Assembly: GCA_964514965.1 (NCBI GenBank) | Contig: CAZETV010000001.1 | Span: forward strand, 480,001-512,000 | Direction of reading: 5' to 3' | Source: Candidatus Hadarchaeota archaeon | GTDB lineage: Archaea > Hadarchaeota > Hadarchaeia > Hadarchaeales > Hadarchaeaceae | Length of the DNA: 32,000 bases | Part shown: positions 9,025 to 17,489 of the stretch, one piece after another | Layout: each line of letters opens with the position of its first letter | Numbering within the stretch: the stretch's first letter is position 1 | The notes under the pieces: generated by a model | What the model was told of the DNA's origin: nothing | What the model saw: the letters and a program-made list of their open reading frames with translations, nothing else | Database searches by the model: none | Position numbers and translations under genes: made by a program

Positions 9025-10979
9025 AAGTAGAGGAATGGCTACCCGTAAGCGAGGATGTACGAGAAATCCTTGAGCGTTTCAAACAGGTCGAGAAACGTCC
9101 ACCGTATTTTTATGAACGCCTGTGCAAGATCGCTTATCGAATTTTTGGTAAACTCACACAAAACATGAAAGTGACCGAATCTACCCAGCGCGAGCTTGAG
9201 CAAGCAAAGCTCAGAATTTCAGCGCGAGAGTACTGGGCTGGGTTCTTCCTCATGTTGAGCATTCCTATTCTTATGAGCGTTCTTGGGTGGCTACTAACAG
9301 GTCTGACAGGCTCGAACATACTCGCGATGTGGTGGCTCCCTATGCTTGACTTAGTATTAGCATGCGCCTTGGGAATGGTATTCTACCTCTATCCTCCAAG
9401 CCTCGCCGGGATAAAGCGAAGCGAAGCTCAAGGGGGGGCAATTCACACTATTATGTTGTTAAGCTTCGCTCTCTATCATAAGCCCGACCTGCGCGGGGCA
9501 ACGATTTTAGCTGCTAACGAAAGCAAAGGCGAACTCGCGGGTGACCTTCAGCGCGGGCTGCTCGAACTCGATACTCGCCACCGCTATGAGAGTGTCCGAC
9601 ATATGCTCACTGTAATAGCTCATAGGTGGGGCGAAATCGATGAGGGCACGAGGCAGGCGCTTTTCGATATTCTCCGCTCTACTGGTGCGCTGGAGGAATC
9701 TTCTCGCATCTCTGATGTTAGCAGGGCACCACAACGTGTTCTTGGGAGCAGTGAAGCTCAGCTGAGCAAGCGTTTAAACGCGCTGGTAATGCCCACAATG
9801 GCGTTCATGGTATTCGGCTCGCTTGCGATAGTCGGGATAATAGGTCTCTCTCCATTGTTCGGCGCGATAGGGGCAAACTTTGTCCAACTGCACTTCTTCG
9901 TGCTTACAACCCTCTTACTCGTGGCCTCCTTTTTCACATTCACTACATACATGGGCAGTCTCAGGCCCACGACCCTACCTCCTCCCGAGGTGCCGGAGGA
10001 TGATCCTCGCCTGCCCTCACGAGGGAATTCAAGAATCTTCTCGCGAGAAGTTCCATCTTGGTTGCCACCGCTCTTGGTTTTCCTTGCTATCGCTTGGCCA
10101 GGTTTCCTCTATTTCGGGGGCATTAAGGCGGGTACGTTAGGAGCGCTCGTTCAATGGGTGAACGCGTTTTGGTTCATCTGGGCTACGGCTGCGGCGGTTG
10201 CTGTCTACGCATATCTCTACGCTGGGCAGCGAAAGAAGTTTCGAGAAGAAGAAAGGACAAAGGCAATTGATTGGGTAGCGGCGCTCAACACTATCGGTTC
10301 ACGCATGATTGACGGGAAACCAATGAGCCAGGCGATGGTCGAGACTGCTGAGTTAATGCCAGAGTCGCCTGTCTCGAATCAGCTCCACGAAATCGTCGAA
10401 AGCACTGAAAAGCATGCCATAGATGTGCGCCGCGCGCTATTTGAGCGAGGGTTGGTCAAGCGAACCTTTAACCCCCTCATCCAAAGCTTCCTAAACGTGA
10501 TTACACGCATTCGACGGAGTTCGGAAGCTGCAGCAGGACAGGCGTGCATGATGGCGGCAGATTTCCTCTCGACGTTGCATTTAGTCGAACACCGCTTCCG
10601 TGATCGGATAGAGGAGGCGATGGGAAATCTCTGGTTAGTCACAGTAGTTCTGTTACCGACCGTCTGCGCGATGTCAGTCTGGGTGATGGAGTTCATGTCT
10701 GGTGTCTCGTTCACAGTGGCGGGTGAGTCTGCGGGTGCTGGACTGACGAATCTACCCCTCCTGCTGGGCGCAATGGAGGCCAGCGAACTCGTTCTCCTGA
10801 AACTCGTGATGGGTCTAACGGCTATAGCTCTCGCGGCGGTGATGGCTCGCTACATGGCAGTGATAAGTGCTGGCAACGATAAAGTCGAGCTTTGGATTAC
10901 GATGGGTAAAACCGTCTTGTCCACTACGATAGTTTTCACTGTCGCATACTTAGGTTTCGGTTTAATTAAGGGAGCGTAG
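8997..10979 (+). CDS. FlaJ/TadC/GspF-like polytopic membrane platform protein
   Basis: 660 aa. A GTG start overlaps the ATPase gene by 28 nt. At least 9 hydrophobic segments are present. Two soluble helical regions resemble T2SS-F repeats, for example AIDWVAALNTIGSRMIDGKPMSQAMVETAELMPESPVSNQLHEIVESTEKHAIDVRRAL. Position directly after a secretion ATPase supports the call. Confidence 0.7.
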   Translation: MEKLVEDSLKVEEWLPVSEDVREILERFKQVEKRPPYFYERLCKIAYRIFGKLTQNMKVTESTQRELEQAKLRISAREYWAGFFLMLSIPILMSVLGWLLTGLTGSNILAMWWLPMLDLVLACALGMVFYLYPPSLAGIKRSEAQGGAIHTIMLLSFALYHKPDLRGATILAANESKGELAGDLQRGLLELDTRHRYESVRHMLTVIAHRWGEIDEGTRQALFDILRSTGALEESSRISDVSRAPQRVLGSSEAQLSKRLNALVMPTMAFMVFGSLAIVGIIGLSPLFGAIGANFVQLHFFVLTTLLLVASFFTFTTYMGSLRPTTLPPPEVPEDDPRLPSRGNSRIFSREVPSWLPPLLVFLAIAWPGFLYFGGIKAGTLGALVQWVNAFWFIWATAAAVAVYAYLYAGQRKKFREEERTKAIDWVAALNTIGSRMIDGKPMSQAMVETAELMPESPVSNQLHEIVESTEKHAIDVRRALFERGLVKRTFNPLIQSFLNVITRIRRSSEAAAGQACMMAADFLSTLHLVEHRFRDRIEEAMGNLWLVTVVLLPTVCAMSVWVMEFMSGVSFTVAGESAGAGLTNLPLLLGAMEASELVLLKLVMGLTAIALAAVMARYMAVISAGNDKVELWITMGKTVLSTTIVFTVAYLGFGLIKGA

Positions 10980-11419
10980 CTAACATCGAAGTTCTACCGC
11001 TTAACGAGCAGCGAAAGCGGGCTTCGCAGTTGCTTGGCGAGGAGACAGGTATGGGTATACCCCCCACGCAATCTGCTGGTGCGGTTTCTAGAACGCGCAC
11101 ACTTTTGGGTGAGTTTATCCATCGGCTCCAAAAGGGCGCAGAGGTATAGATTAGAATATTTAAAATGGGTTGGAAAATTTCAAAATCGCTTCACGGGCCA
11201 GTGCGCTGCCATTACTGCGGTAAATCAGCGCGGGTGATGGCGATGGATAGAGAGCAAGCGAATTTATACTCCAGTAAGTTCGGAATGTTCGAAATCTCAG
11301 TGCGAAAGTTAAAACGTGAATTAATCATTTAAACGAAAAATAACTCATTCCTAAACCGAACCTGATTTATACACCTTACTATATACCCAGCACCAAGTTT
11401 AAATGCGACGCGTAATTAG

Positions 11420-12757
11420 ATGGGTGGTGGTGAAATGGCTTCTAAATCCGAAATCATGCAACTCGCGAAAAAAGAAGAGATAAAGTTCGTTCAGATGCAG
11501 TTCATGGACATTTTAGGCACAGTCAAAAATGTAACAATCCCGATCACTAAGCTCGAAAAAGCTCTTGAGGAGGGCGTGTTCTTTGATGGGTCCTCAATAT
11601 TGGGATACACTACGATTGAGGAGTCCGACATGCGCCTTAAGCCGGACCCTAACACTTTTGTCGTGCTTCCTTGGCTCCAAGACAACATGGAAACAGCCCG
11701 CATCGTGTGTGATGTGTACGACCATGAAGACAACCGGTTCGATGGAGATCCGCGGGCGGCCCTCCAAAGGTTGATGAACCGCGCCCAGAAGAAGGGCTGG
11801 GTCTTCAACACCGCTCCGGAATACGAGTTCTTCCTCTTCATGCTGGACGAGCGAGGGAGTCCGACGACGAAACCCTCCGATCACGGGGGCTACTTTGACT
11901 TGATGCGCGACCGTGGCGATACTGTTCGAAAAGAAATAGTCACCTATCTCAATGCAATGGGTTTTGACGTTGAGGCTTCCCATCATGAAGTTGCACCTGG
12001 ACAGCACGAAATTGACTTGGCGTACTCTGACGCTATAACGTCAGCCGACCGTGTTGCTATGATGAAGTACGTTACGAAAAATATCGCCAACAAACACGGA
12101 CTTTACGCCACTTTCATGCCTAAGCCAATCTTTGGGATCAACGGCTCTGGGATGCATGTCCACCAGTCACTGATGACGCAAAACAAAAGCGTTTTTTACG
12201 ACCCTAAAGGCATATATAAGCTAAACAAGCTCGCGTTTTACTTCATCGGGGGCATGCTGAAGTACGCGAGGGAAACATGCGCGGTTCTCGCCTCATCGGT
12301 CAACTCTTACAAACGTTTGGTTCCAGGGTATGAAGCACCTGTTTACATATCATGGGCCAACCGAAATCGAAGCGCCTTCATTCGTGTACCAGCGGGTAGA
12401 GGCGCACGAACGCGCATCGAACTTCGTAACCCCGATCCGGCTGGTAACCCATATCTTCAGTTCACGGTGATGCTCGCCGCCGGATTGAAGGGGATTGAGG
12501 ACAAGATCGAGCCACCCGAACCAGTCGAGAAAGATATCTTCCGCATGAGCGTCGAAGAACGGGAGACCTTGGGTATAGGGTCCTTGCCGGAGAACCTCGG
12601 GCAGGCGCTTGATTGTATGAAACAAAGCAGCTTGATTCGGGAGGCGATGGGGGACCACCTCTTCAATCACTTCCTCTACATTAAAGGTCAAAATTGGGAA
12701 AACTACAGGGCTCAAATCAGCGATTGGGAAATAAAAACGCTTTTGCCATCACTTTAA
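11420..12757 (+). CDS. glnA: Glutamine synthetase, type I
   Basis: 445 aa (440 aa if ATG 11435 is the start: MASKSEIMQLAKKEEIKFVQMQFMDILG). GS signatures present: FDGSSI, EASHHEVAPGQHEI, NGSGMHVHQS, NSYKRLVPGYEAP, NRSAFIRVP. Confidence 0.96.
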   Translation: MGGGEMASKSEIMQLAKKEEIKFVQMQFMDILGTVKNVTIPITKLEKALEEGVFFDGSSILGYTTIEESDMRLKPDPNTFVVLPWLQDNMETARIVCDVYDHEDNRFDGDPRAALQRLMNRAQKKGWVFNTAPEYEFFLFMLDERGSPTTKPSDHGGYFDLMRDRGDTVRKEIVTYLNAMGFDVEASHHEVAPGQHEIDLAYSDAITSADRVAMMKYVTKNIANKHGLYATFMPKPIFGINGSGMHVHQSLMTQNKSVFYDPKGIYKLNKLAFYFIGGMLKYARETCAVLASSVNSYKRLVPGYEAPVYISWANRNRSAFIRVPAGRGARTRIELRNPDPAGNPYLQFTVMLAAGLKGIEDKIEPPEPVEKDIFRMSVEERETLGIGSLPENLGQALDCMKQSSLIREAMGDHLFNHFLYIKGQNWENYRAQISDWEIKTLLPSL

Positions 12758-12796
12758 CAGTTCGGTTCTGTTTTAAAAAAGTATGATTAAATCGTT

Positions 12797-13735
12797 TTAT
12801 TTTGAATTCTTTCTCATCGGTTCAATTTTTAAAGTCAATTTTTTCAGCACAGGAATTCGTTTCTTAATCAATTTTTCAATCTTTTCTACTATTTCATTCG
12901 CAACATAAACAGAAAGATTTCCATCCACTTTAATACGCATTTCCCCAACAATGTACGGTCCTGACTTTCTGAGATTAACCTCGTGAACCTCTTCAACACC
13001 CTCTACGCTCTCGGCTATACTTTTGACACTACCTCTAGTGCCCGGACAAGCACAACCGTCCATAAGGATGAGCGAAGATTCCCTTATCGCGCCGTATGAA
13101 ATTGCAAAGATAAAAATAGCTATTATCATGGCAGCGACAGCCTCTGCTTGATAATATCCCAAATAAGAGAAAATCAAGCCCAAAAAGACTATTGATGACG
13201 CCATCCCTGTCTTTATCGAATTTTTCGCGTCTGTTTTAAGTGCTACTGAACCAAACGTATTTGCCACTTTTCTTTTGTATACGGCTAATATGAAAAAAGC
13301 TGCAGCAGAAAAAGATGACACAATTAACCCAACGATAGGGAAGGTTAACTCTTTAGGATTAATTAGAGACAAGTACGAACTATAAAAAATCCAGATGCCG
13401 ATAAACACGAGAAAAATGGCTACAATCATTGAAGCAAAATTTTCCATCTTGTAATAGCCGAACTGAAATTTTTCACTAGGACTCTTGTGTAGCATTCTCA
13501 AGCCGATCAATACAATTAATGAAACAAATGCATCGGCAATCGTGTGAACCCCATCCCCTCTCAGTGCAACACTGCCAGATAGAAATCCCGTGAAAAGTAA
13601 AAGACATCCAAGAGAAATTAATGTGAATATAGATATTTTTGTAATCTTTTCGCCTTTTGCTAATTTATCATCAAATTGCATTTTATTCTTTTTCCCCTCG
13701 TATAATATTACATGTTCACTTTCTAAAAATTTCAC
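12797..13735 (-). CDS. Cation diffusion facilitator (CDF) family metal efflux transporter
   Basis: 312 aa from GTG 13735. A more plausible start is ATG 13681 (MQFDDKL...), with TAATATTATA about 20 nt upstream. It has six hydrophobic segments, HTIADAFVSL in TM2, and a C-terminal cytoplasmic alpha/beta domain (VEEVHEVNLRKSGPYIVGEMRIKVD). Confidence 0.85.
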   Translation of the reverse strand: MKFLESEHVILYEGKKNKMQFDDKLAKGEKITKISIFTLISLGCLLLFTGFLSGSVALRGDGVHTIADAFVSLIVLIGLRMLHKSPSEKFQFGYYKMENFASMIVAIFLVFIGIWIFYSSYLSLINPKELTFPIVGLIVSSFSAAAFFILAVYKRKVANTFGSVALKTDAKNSIKTGMASSIVFLGLIFSYLGYYQAEAVAAMIIAIFIFAISYGAIRESSLILMDGCACPGTRGSVKSIAESVEGVEEVHEVNLRKSGPYIVGEMRIKVDGNLSVYVANEIVEKIEKLIKKRIPVLKKLTLKIEPMRKNSK

Positions 13736-13764
13736 TAATTTAAAATCTAATTTTTAAATTTACC

Positions 13765-13978
13765 AAATGCGGGGATTCGACCGCGCGACTACTCCGCAGC
13801 GGTTCGGTCTCCCTCTCCGTACTTTTTGCCGTGCAATCTTTTTCCAGCACTTCAGCTTCAACGCGCCCTACCACGCGTCTTATCCACTGCCTTCCCTAGC
13901 CGCGCTAGGTTCTTCCATGGCTCCCCTTTGCCCTTAGACAAAAGTTTAGCCTTCTTTGCTGGCTTCCTCCCCACCATT
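13765..13978 (-). ncRNA. Candidate structured non-coding RNA of unknown family (~214 nt)
   Basis: This is a G-rich island, about 56% G+C by my count, between AT-rich flanks. The 5' AAUG-GU-GGGGA pairs with the 3' UCCCC-G-CAUU. Internal hairpins are AGCC/GGCU, CUUUUG/CAAAGG, CCUAGC/GCUAGG and ACGCG/CGCGU. A TTTAAATA box lies about 23 nt upstream on the same strand, and an A/T-rich T-tract region lies downstream. No ORF of 60 aa or more is on this strand. I could not match conserved motifs of tRNA, SRP RNA or RNase P RNA. Confidence 0.3.
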
Positions 13979-14082
13979 AGCTTTTCAGCAATATTCAACT
14001 ATTTAAAGTTTTTGCGTGTTACTAAAAATGTAACAAACTTACGTTTAAGTTTAAAAGTAAATTAAAATTTGCGGCGGTTAAG

Positions 14083-14769
14083 ATGCCCTTAAAATCGCAG
14101 GTCAATAAATGCGCTTCCGCTCCAACGATTGCGGTCTTCACTATATTCTTGATCCTGTGCTCAAGCGTAGCGATAGTTACTTTTCAGTCTCTAGAAGAGC
14201 GAGGGGTCTCAACGATTATTCTGGAGAGTGCTGCTGATCTAGTTCGCGCTACAGCATCGCAAGTTGAAAGCGAACTAAATTCAACGCTCGAGAGCTCGAT
14301 AGTTGCTGCGATGTATGATGTCGGCTTAACGGGTGGTACGCGTGAAAATGTGGAAAATTACATTCGCGAATACATGAACGCGCATATCTCTGACATCAAC
14401 GCCTCTTCAAGCTCACCCCTTAAAGTCACCGTACCCCTATGCGACGAAAACTCGCTCATGATTGAGTGGTCACCTAATGGAGGCATTTGCGCGGGGGGTT
14501 ATCTAGACGCCAGCTTTGAGCATGTGATGGGCCCTAAAGCATTTGGGTTAAGTTTACATGCAATGTCCCGCCCGAGGTTTGAAAGGATAAAACAAGTAGC
14601 TGAATTATCTGCGGTGATGGTGGCGAACGCAGACATCGTGGAGTTGGAGCGAGTGCTTAACGAGAACTATGCGTGCGAAGGGCTTACGGTTGAGCTGGTG
14701 GATGAGAACGGTATAGTTTCAGTGACTGTGCGGGACATCTTTGGGGCTCGAGGAGTATTCGTTCCTTAA
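14083..14769 (+). CDS. N-terminally membrane-anchored protein, paralog of the 165-aa protein at 26273..26770
   Basis: 228 aa with a single N-terminal hydrophobic helix (PTIAVFTIFLILCSSVAIVTF). Collinear similarity to the 165-aa protein is visible: SIVAAMYDVGLTGG vs RAAAENLLLG, VENYIREYM vs AMENALEYL, and SLMIEWSPNGG vs SSWELSWPEG. Confidence 0.6.
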   Translation: MPLKSQVNKCASAPTIAVFTIFLILCSSVAIVTFQSLEERGVSTIILESAADLVRATASQVESELNSTLESSIVAAMYDVGLTGGTRENVENYIREYMNAHISDINASSSSPLKVTVPLCDENSLMIEWSPNGGICAGGYLDASFEHVMGPKAFGLSLHAMSRPRFERIKQVAELSAVMVANADIVELERVLNENYACEGLTVELVDENGIVSVTVRDIFGARGVFVP

Positions 14770-15761
14770 ACCACAGCTTCTAACTCGGGCTCCGATTGGA
14801 AAACAAAGCCAGGAGTATTTTCCAGATACCACCATGGCATAGCTTGATATTGCAAGATGTAACCGTCAAATTCTACCTGCCAAGTGAGGTAAGTGGAAAC
14901 GTTGGTAGTCACTGCAGCAGCTCGAATCGATGCGTTATTCGGTATGCTTACTACTAAATTATCGCTTATACGCCGCCAAGTCCGCGAGCGTAAATAACCA
15001 AGCGCCTGCGCAGGCGAGTACAGCCATCCACTCAAGTAAGCGTTTTCTGCACTGGGACAGAGTAAGGGGTTGTCAAATTCTCCCGAGTAATTATCGATGT
15101 TTGAAATAACCCAATTATTATCGACGAGTCCGATATTTTCACAGTTTTCGTACCCTTGAACACGAAGCAATATTGAACCAGTACGAACGAGTATCGAATC
15201 GCTATTTTCCCATTTGTATGCGTCAATGTCACGGGACACGTCAAAGTAGGCGGCGATAATCGCTGTTGCCTCGCGCTGGTTCTCTCGCGCGAAATAATAG
15301 AATTCCGGTGGTTCGCCTGAGGGTGTGTGAAAAACGTTTTCAGGTACCGTTTCAATCGGGGAGGCGCTGACGAGCACGACATCACCCGAGCACGTGAAAT
15401 AAACCCTTCCTCCAGGTGTGATGCTTGTACTCTCCATCTGCAACCCTACATTTGCAACGGTCCAGTAGCTTTCGCCTGCTCCAGTCCCCTCTGTTATCCT
15501 CACTATGAAGGTCGAGCGGTTCTCATCTATTTCGAGCTCATAACTTGAACCAGCTAATTGCAAGGGCAAGTCAAGAGTGGGCTGCTGTCCAGATAGAGCT
15601 GAAAAACAGGTTTTTGCTAAATCGTCCGCAAGCGCTTGGGCCTGAGCACTGACCTCGAATTCCCGCTGCTCCGTCAACTGCATGAAGAAGACCCCCGCAA
15701 GCAGAATAGCCATGAGAATCCCGAAGAGCAGATAGAACGGCAGCTCGTAGGTATCAGACAC
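14766..15761 (-). CDS. N-terminally membrane-anchored protein (331 aa), unknown family
   Basis: A GTG start overlaps the upstream 120-aa gene stop by 8 nt. The N-terminus is MSDTYELPFYLLFGILMAILLAGVFF, followed by a beta-rich, Trp/Tyr/Asn-rich extracellular-looking domain. Confidence 0.65.
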   Translation of the reverse strand: MSDTYELPFYLLFGILMAILLAGVFFMQLTEQREFEVSAQAQALADDLAKTCFSALSGQQPTLDLPLQLAGSSYELEIDENRSTFIVRITEGTGAGESYWTVANVGLQMESTSITPGGRVYFTCSGDVVLVSASPIETVPENVFHTPSGEPPEFYYFARENQREATAIIAAYFDVSRDIDAYKWENSDSILVRTGSILLRVQGYENCENIGLVDNNWVISNIDNYSGEFDNPLLCPSAENAYLSGWLYSPAQALGYLRSRTWRRISDNLVVSIPNNASIRAAAVTTNVSTYLTWQVEFDGYILQYQAMPWWYLENTPGFVFQSEPELEAVV

Positions 15762-16116
15762 TTACCGTCACCCCATTCTCCGTGCGCTTGATAACTAGCC
15801 GCGCCTGTTGCCCGCTGAGAGTCGGCCCACTGACCATGGCACCCGCATCGAAATTCTCCTGTGTCTGCCCGATTACGATCACTACTGATTTCTCTTCGAA
15901 TTGGAGTTCACAGTTTGTGGGCACCATGATGTCGAAGGGGAGAGAAGCCCCTACGTCTTGATCTGCTAGGAGCTTTACCTGCTGCGCGAGCTGCTCGGCC
16001 TGGTGTCTGAAAACGGTCTCTGTGCTCCCATTCTGATATTGTAAGTATAGTGTAGCGAAAATCGAGAGGAAAATTGCAACAAAGATAACACTCGCTAAGG
16101 TTCGAAGAGCCACCAT
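15754..16116 (-). CDS. Small N-terminally anchored protein (120 aa), paralog of 27189..27542
   Basis: The N-terminus MVALRTLASVIFVAIFLSIFATLY matches MPAFRTLALVILAAFVVSIFILGY. Shared downstream pattern: I.VP....I.FE...V.I.G and a C-terminal L.V....N.V.VS. Confidence 0.65.
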   Translation of the reverse strand: MVALRTLASVIFVAIFLSIFATLYLQYQNGSTETVFRHQAEQLAQQVKLLADQDVGASLPFDIMVPTNCELQFEEKSVVIVIGQTQENFDAGAMVSGPTLSGQQARLVIKRTENGVTVSV

Positions 16117-16238
16117 GCCATCGCCTTACTTTCTCACGCAGACATTGAACAAAAAGATTACTTTGCGACTCTTCCCCTAAGTTAAACACCAATGATTACT
16201 TATCGCGCAAATTTTAAACTCAGTATTTAATTATTAAG

Positions 16239-17489
16239 ATGGTATTCATGCCTGAGTTTCTCCACGTGGCCAAACTTGAGGATGCTTGCACAAAGCTTGA
16301 GAAACATTGGAAAATCAAGCCACGAAAAGTCAACGTGCCGCTCGATGAGGCCGCTGGACGTGTGCTGTCCGAAGATGTCGTCTCAAAGATCGATGTCCCT
16401 CCGTTTAATCGTGCTGTTTTTGATGGCTATGCAGTCCATGCTATGGACACATTTGGAGCCGGGGAAGAATCGCCCGTTGAACTCACTTGCGTGGGTAGCG
16501 TACGCGCAGGCGAGTGGCCGAAGATTAAAATCAGGAGGAGGCAGTGCACAGAGATTTCTACTGGCGCACCAATCCCAAGAGGTGCGAACGCCGTGTCCAT
16601 GGTTGAATACTCAACTGTGGATGCACAAGTCGTTCAAATTTTTCGCGCGGTTGCACCGGGAGAGAACATCTCCAAGAGAGGTTCAGAGATTAAACATGGG
16701 ATGAAGGTTTTGCACGCAGGAAGAGTGATAACACCCCAAATACTTGGAACACTCGCGGCAATCGGGAAAAAACGAGCCAAAGTTTACTCACCCAAAGTTG
16801 CGGTGATATCAAGCGGAATCGAGTTAGTCAGCGCGGGCTCCTCACTCAGACGGGGGAAAATATACGATGTAAACGGACCCGCGATCTGTCGAGCCGTCAA
16901 GCTCTGCGGGGCTGAGGCTAAATATCTCGGCATCGCGAAGGATGAACTCAGTAGCCTGACTAATTTTGTTAAAAGAGGGCTGGCAACCTGCGATGTGATA
17001 TTACTCTCGGGGGGGTCGTCAGCTGGTGCAGGGGATATCGCGCCAGCCGTGATTGACCGGATGGGAAAACCCGGTGTAATTGTGCACGGGCTTGCGATGA
17101 AACCTGGCAAACCAGCATTCGTGGCTGTCGTGCGGGGTAAACCGATTTTTGGGCTTCCTGGCTATCCGGTTTCCGCACTGATGGTTTTCGACCAGCTAGT
17201 TGCACCTTACCTGCGCCACCTGAGCGGCTTACCGCGAGTTGAACGGGCAAAAGTTCAGGCGAAGTTAGCATCTAAAATCATCTCGGCGCGGGGGAGACGA
17301 GAACTCGTGCCAGTGAAGCTCGTTCAAGAAGGGAGAGAAGTTTGTGCTAAACCGCTATTCAAAGGTTCGGGTGCGATAACTGCGCTCTCGCTGGCCGACG
17401 GATACATTGATGTGCCGATCAATCGAGAAATCGTCGAAGAAGGCGAAGTCATCGAGGTCAACTTGTTCAGAGGTGTCGAGGTTGCTTAG
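16239..17489 (+). CDS. moeA: Molybdopterin molybdenumtransferase MoeA (paralog 2)
   Basis: 416 aa with MoeA motifs IDVPPFNRAVFDGYAV, STGAPIPRGANAVSMVE, LSGGSSAGAGD, GLPGYPVSA. An AAATTTTAAAC box lies about 20-28 nt upstream of the ATG. Confidence 0.9.
   Translation: MVFMPEFLHVAKLEDACTKLEKHWKIKPRKVNVPLDEAAGRVLSEDVVSKIDVPPFNRAVFDGYAVHAMDTFGAGEESPVELTCVGSVRAGEWPKIKIRRRQCTEISTGAPIPRGANAVSMVEYSTVDAQVVQIFRAVAPGENISKRGSEIKHGMKVLHAGRVITPQILGTLAAIGKKRAKVYSPKVAVISSGIELVSAGSSLRRGKIYDVNGPAICRAVKLCGAEAKYLGIAKDELSSLTNFVKRGLATCDVILLSGGSSAGAGDIAPAVIDRMGKPGVIVHGLAMKPGKPAFVAVVRGKPIFGLPGYPVSALMVFDQLVAPYLRHLSGLPRVERAKVQAKLASKIISARGRRELVPVKLVQEGREVCAKPLFKGSGAITALSLADGYIDVPINREIVEEGEVIEVNLFRGVEVA

Noticed and set aside
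11034-11237. 67-aa TTG-initiated ORF upstream of glnA
   Set aside because: It has a Trp/Arg-rich odd composition and no initiation signals. It also overlaps the slightly more plausible 55-aa ORF in another frame.
11240-11419. NrpR-type operator (GGAA-N6-TTCC) or glutamine riboswitch upstream of glnA
   Set aside because: Only loose half-sites occur (GGAATGTTCGAAAT, GAAAATTTC), and they are far from the TATA boxes. There is no convincing match.
13765-13800. tRNA gene suggested by GGTCGAATCC (T-loop-like) and a 7-bp acceptor-like pairing
   Set aside because: No 5-bp T stem with a 7-nt loop can be formed. The would-be D loop lacks GG, the candidate anticodon hairpin has an 8-nt loop, and the element is about 214 nt. 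No cloverleaf can be drawn, even allowing an intron.
13765-13978. Assignment of the G-rich unit to SRP (7S) RNA or RNase P RNA
   Set aside because: There is partial resemblance: two hairpins after the 5' strand as in an Alu domain, and GGAGGAAGCC vs GAGGAAAGUCC. However, the universally conserved helix-8 GNAR/AGCA motif and RNase P CR-I/CR-V sequences are not present, and the length is too short for typical archaeal versions.
13826-14065. 79-aa plus-strand ORF in the CDF / pilin-module intergenic region
   Set aside because: It is the pyrimidine-rich complement of the candidate RNA, with a Pro/Leu/Phe/Ser-rich translation, a TTG start and no motifs. The region is better explained by the minus-strand unit.
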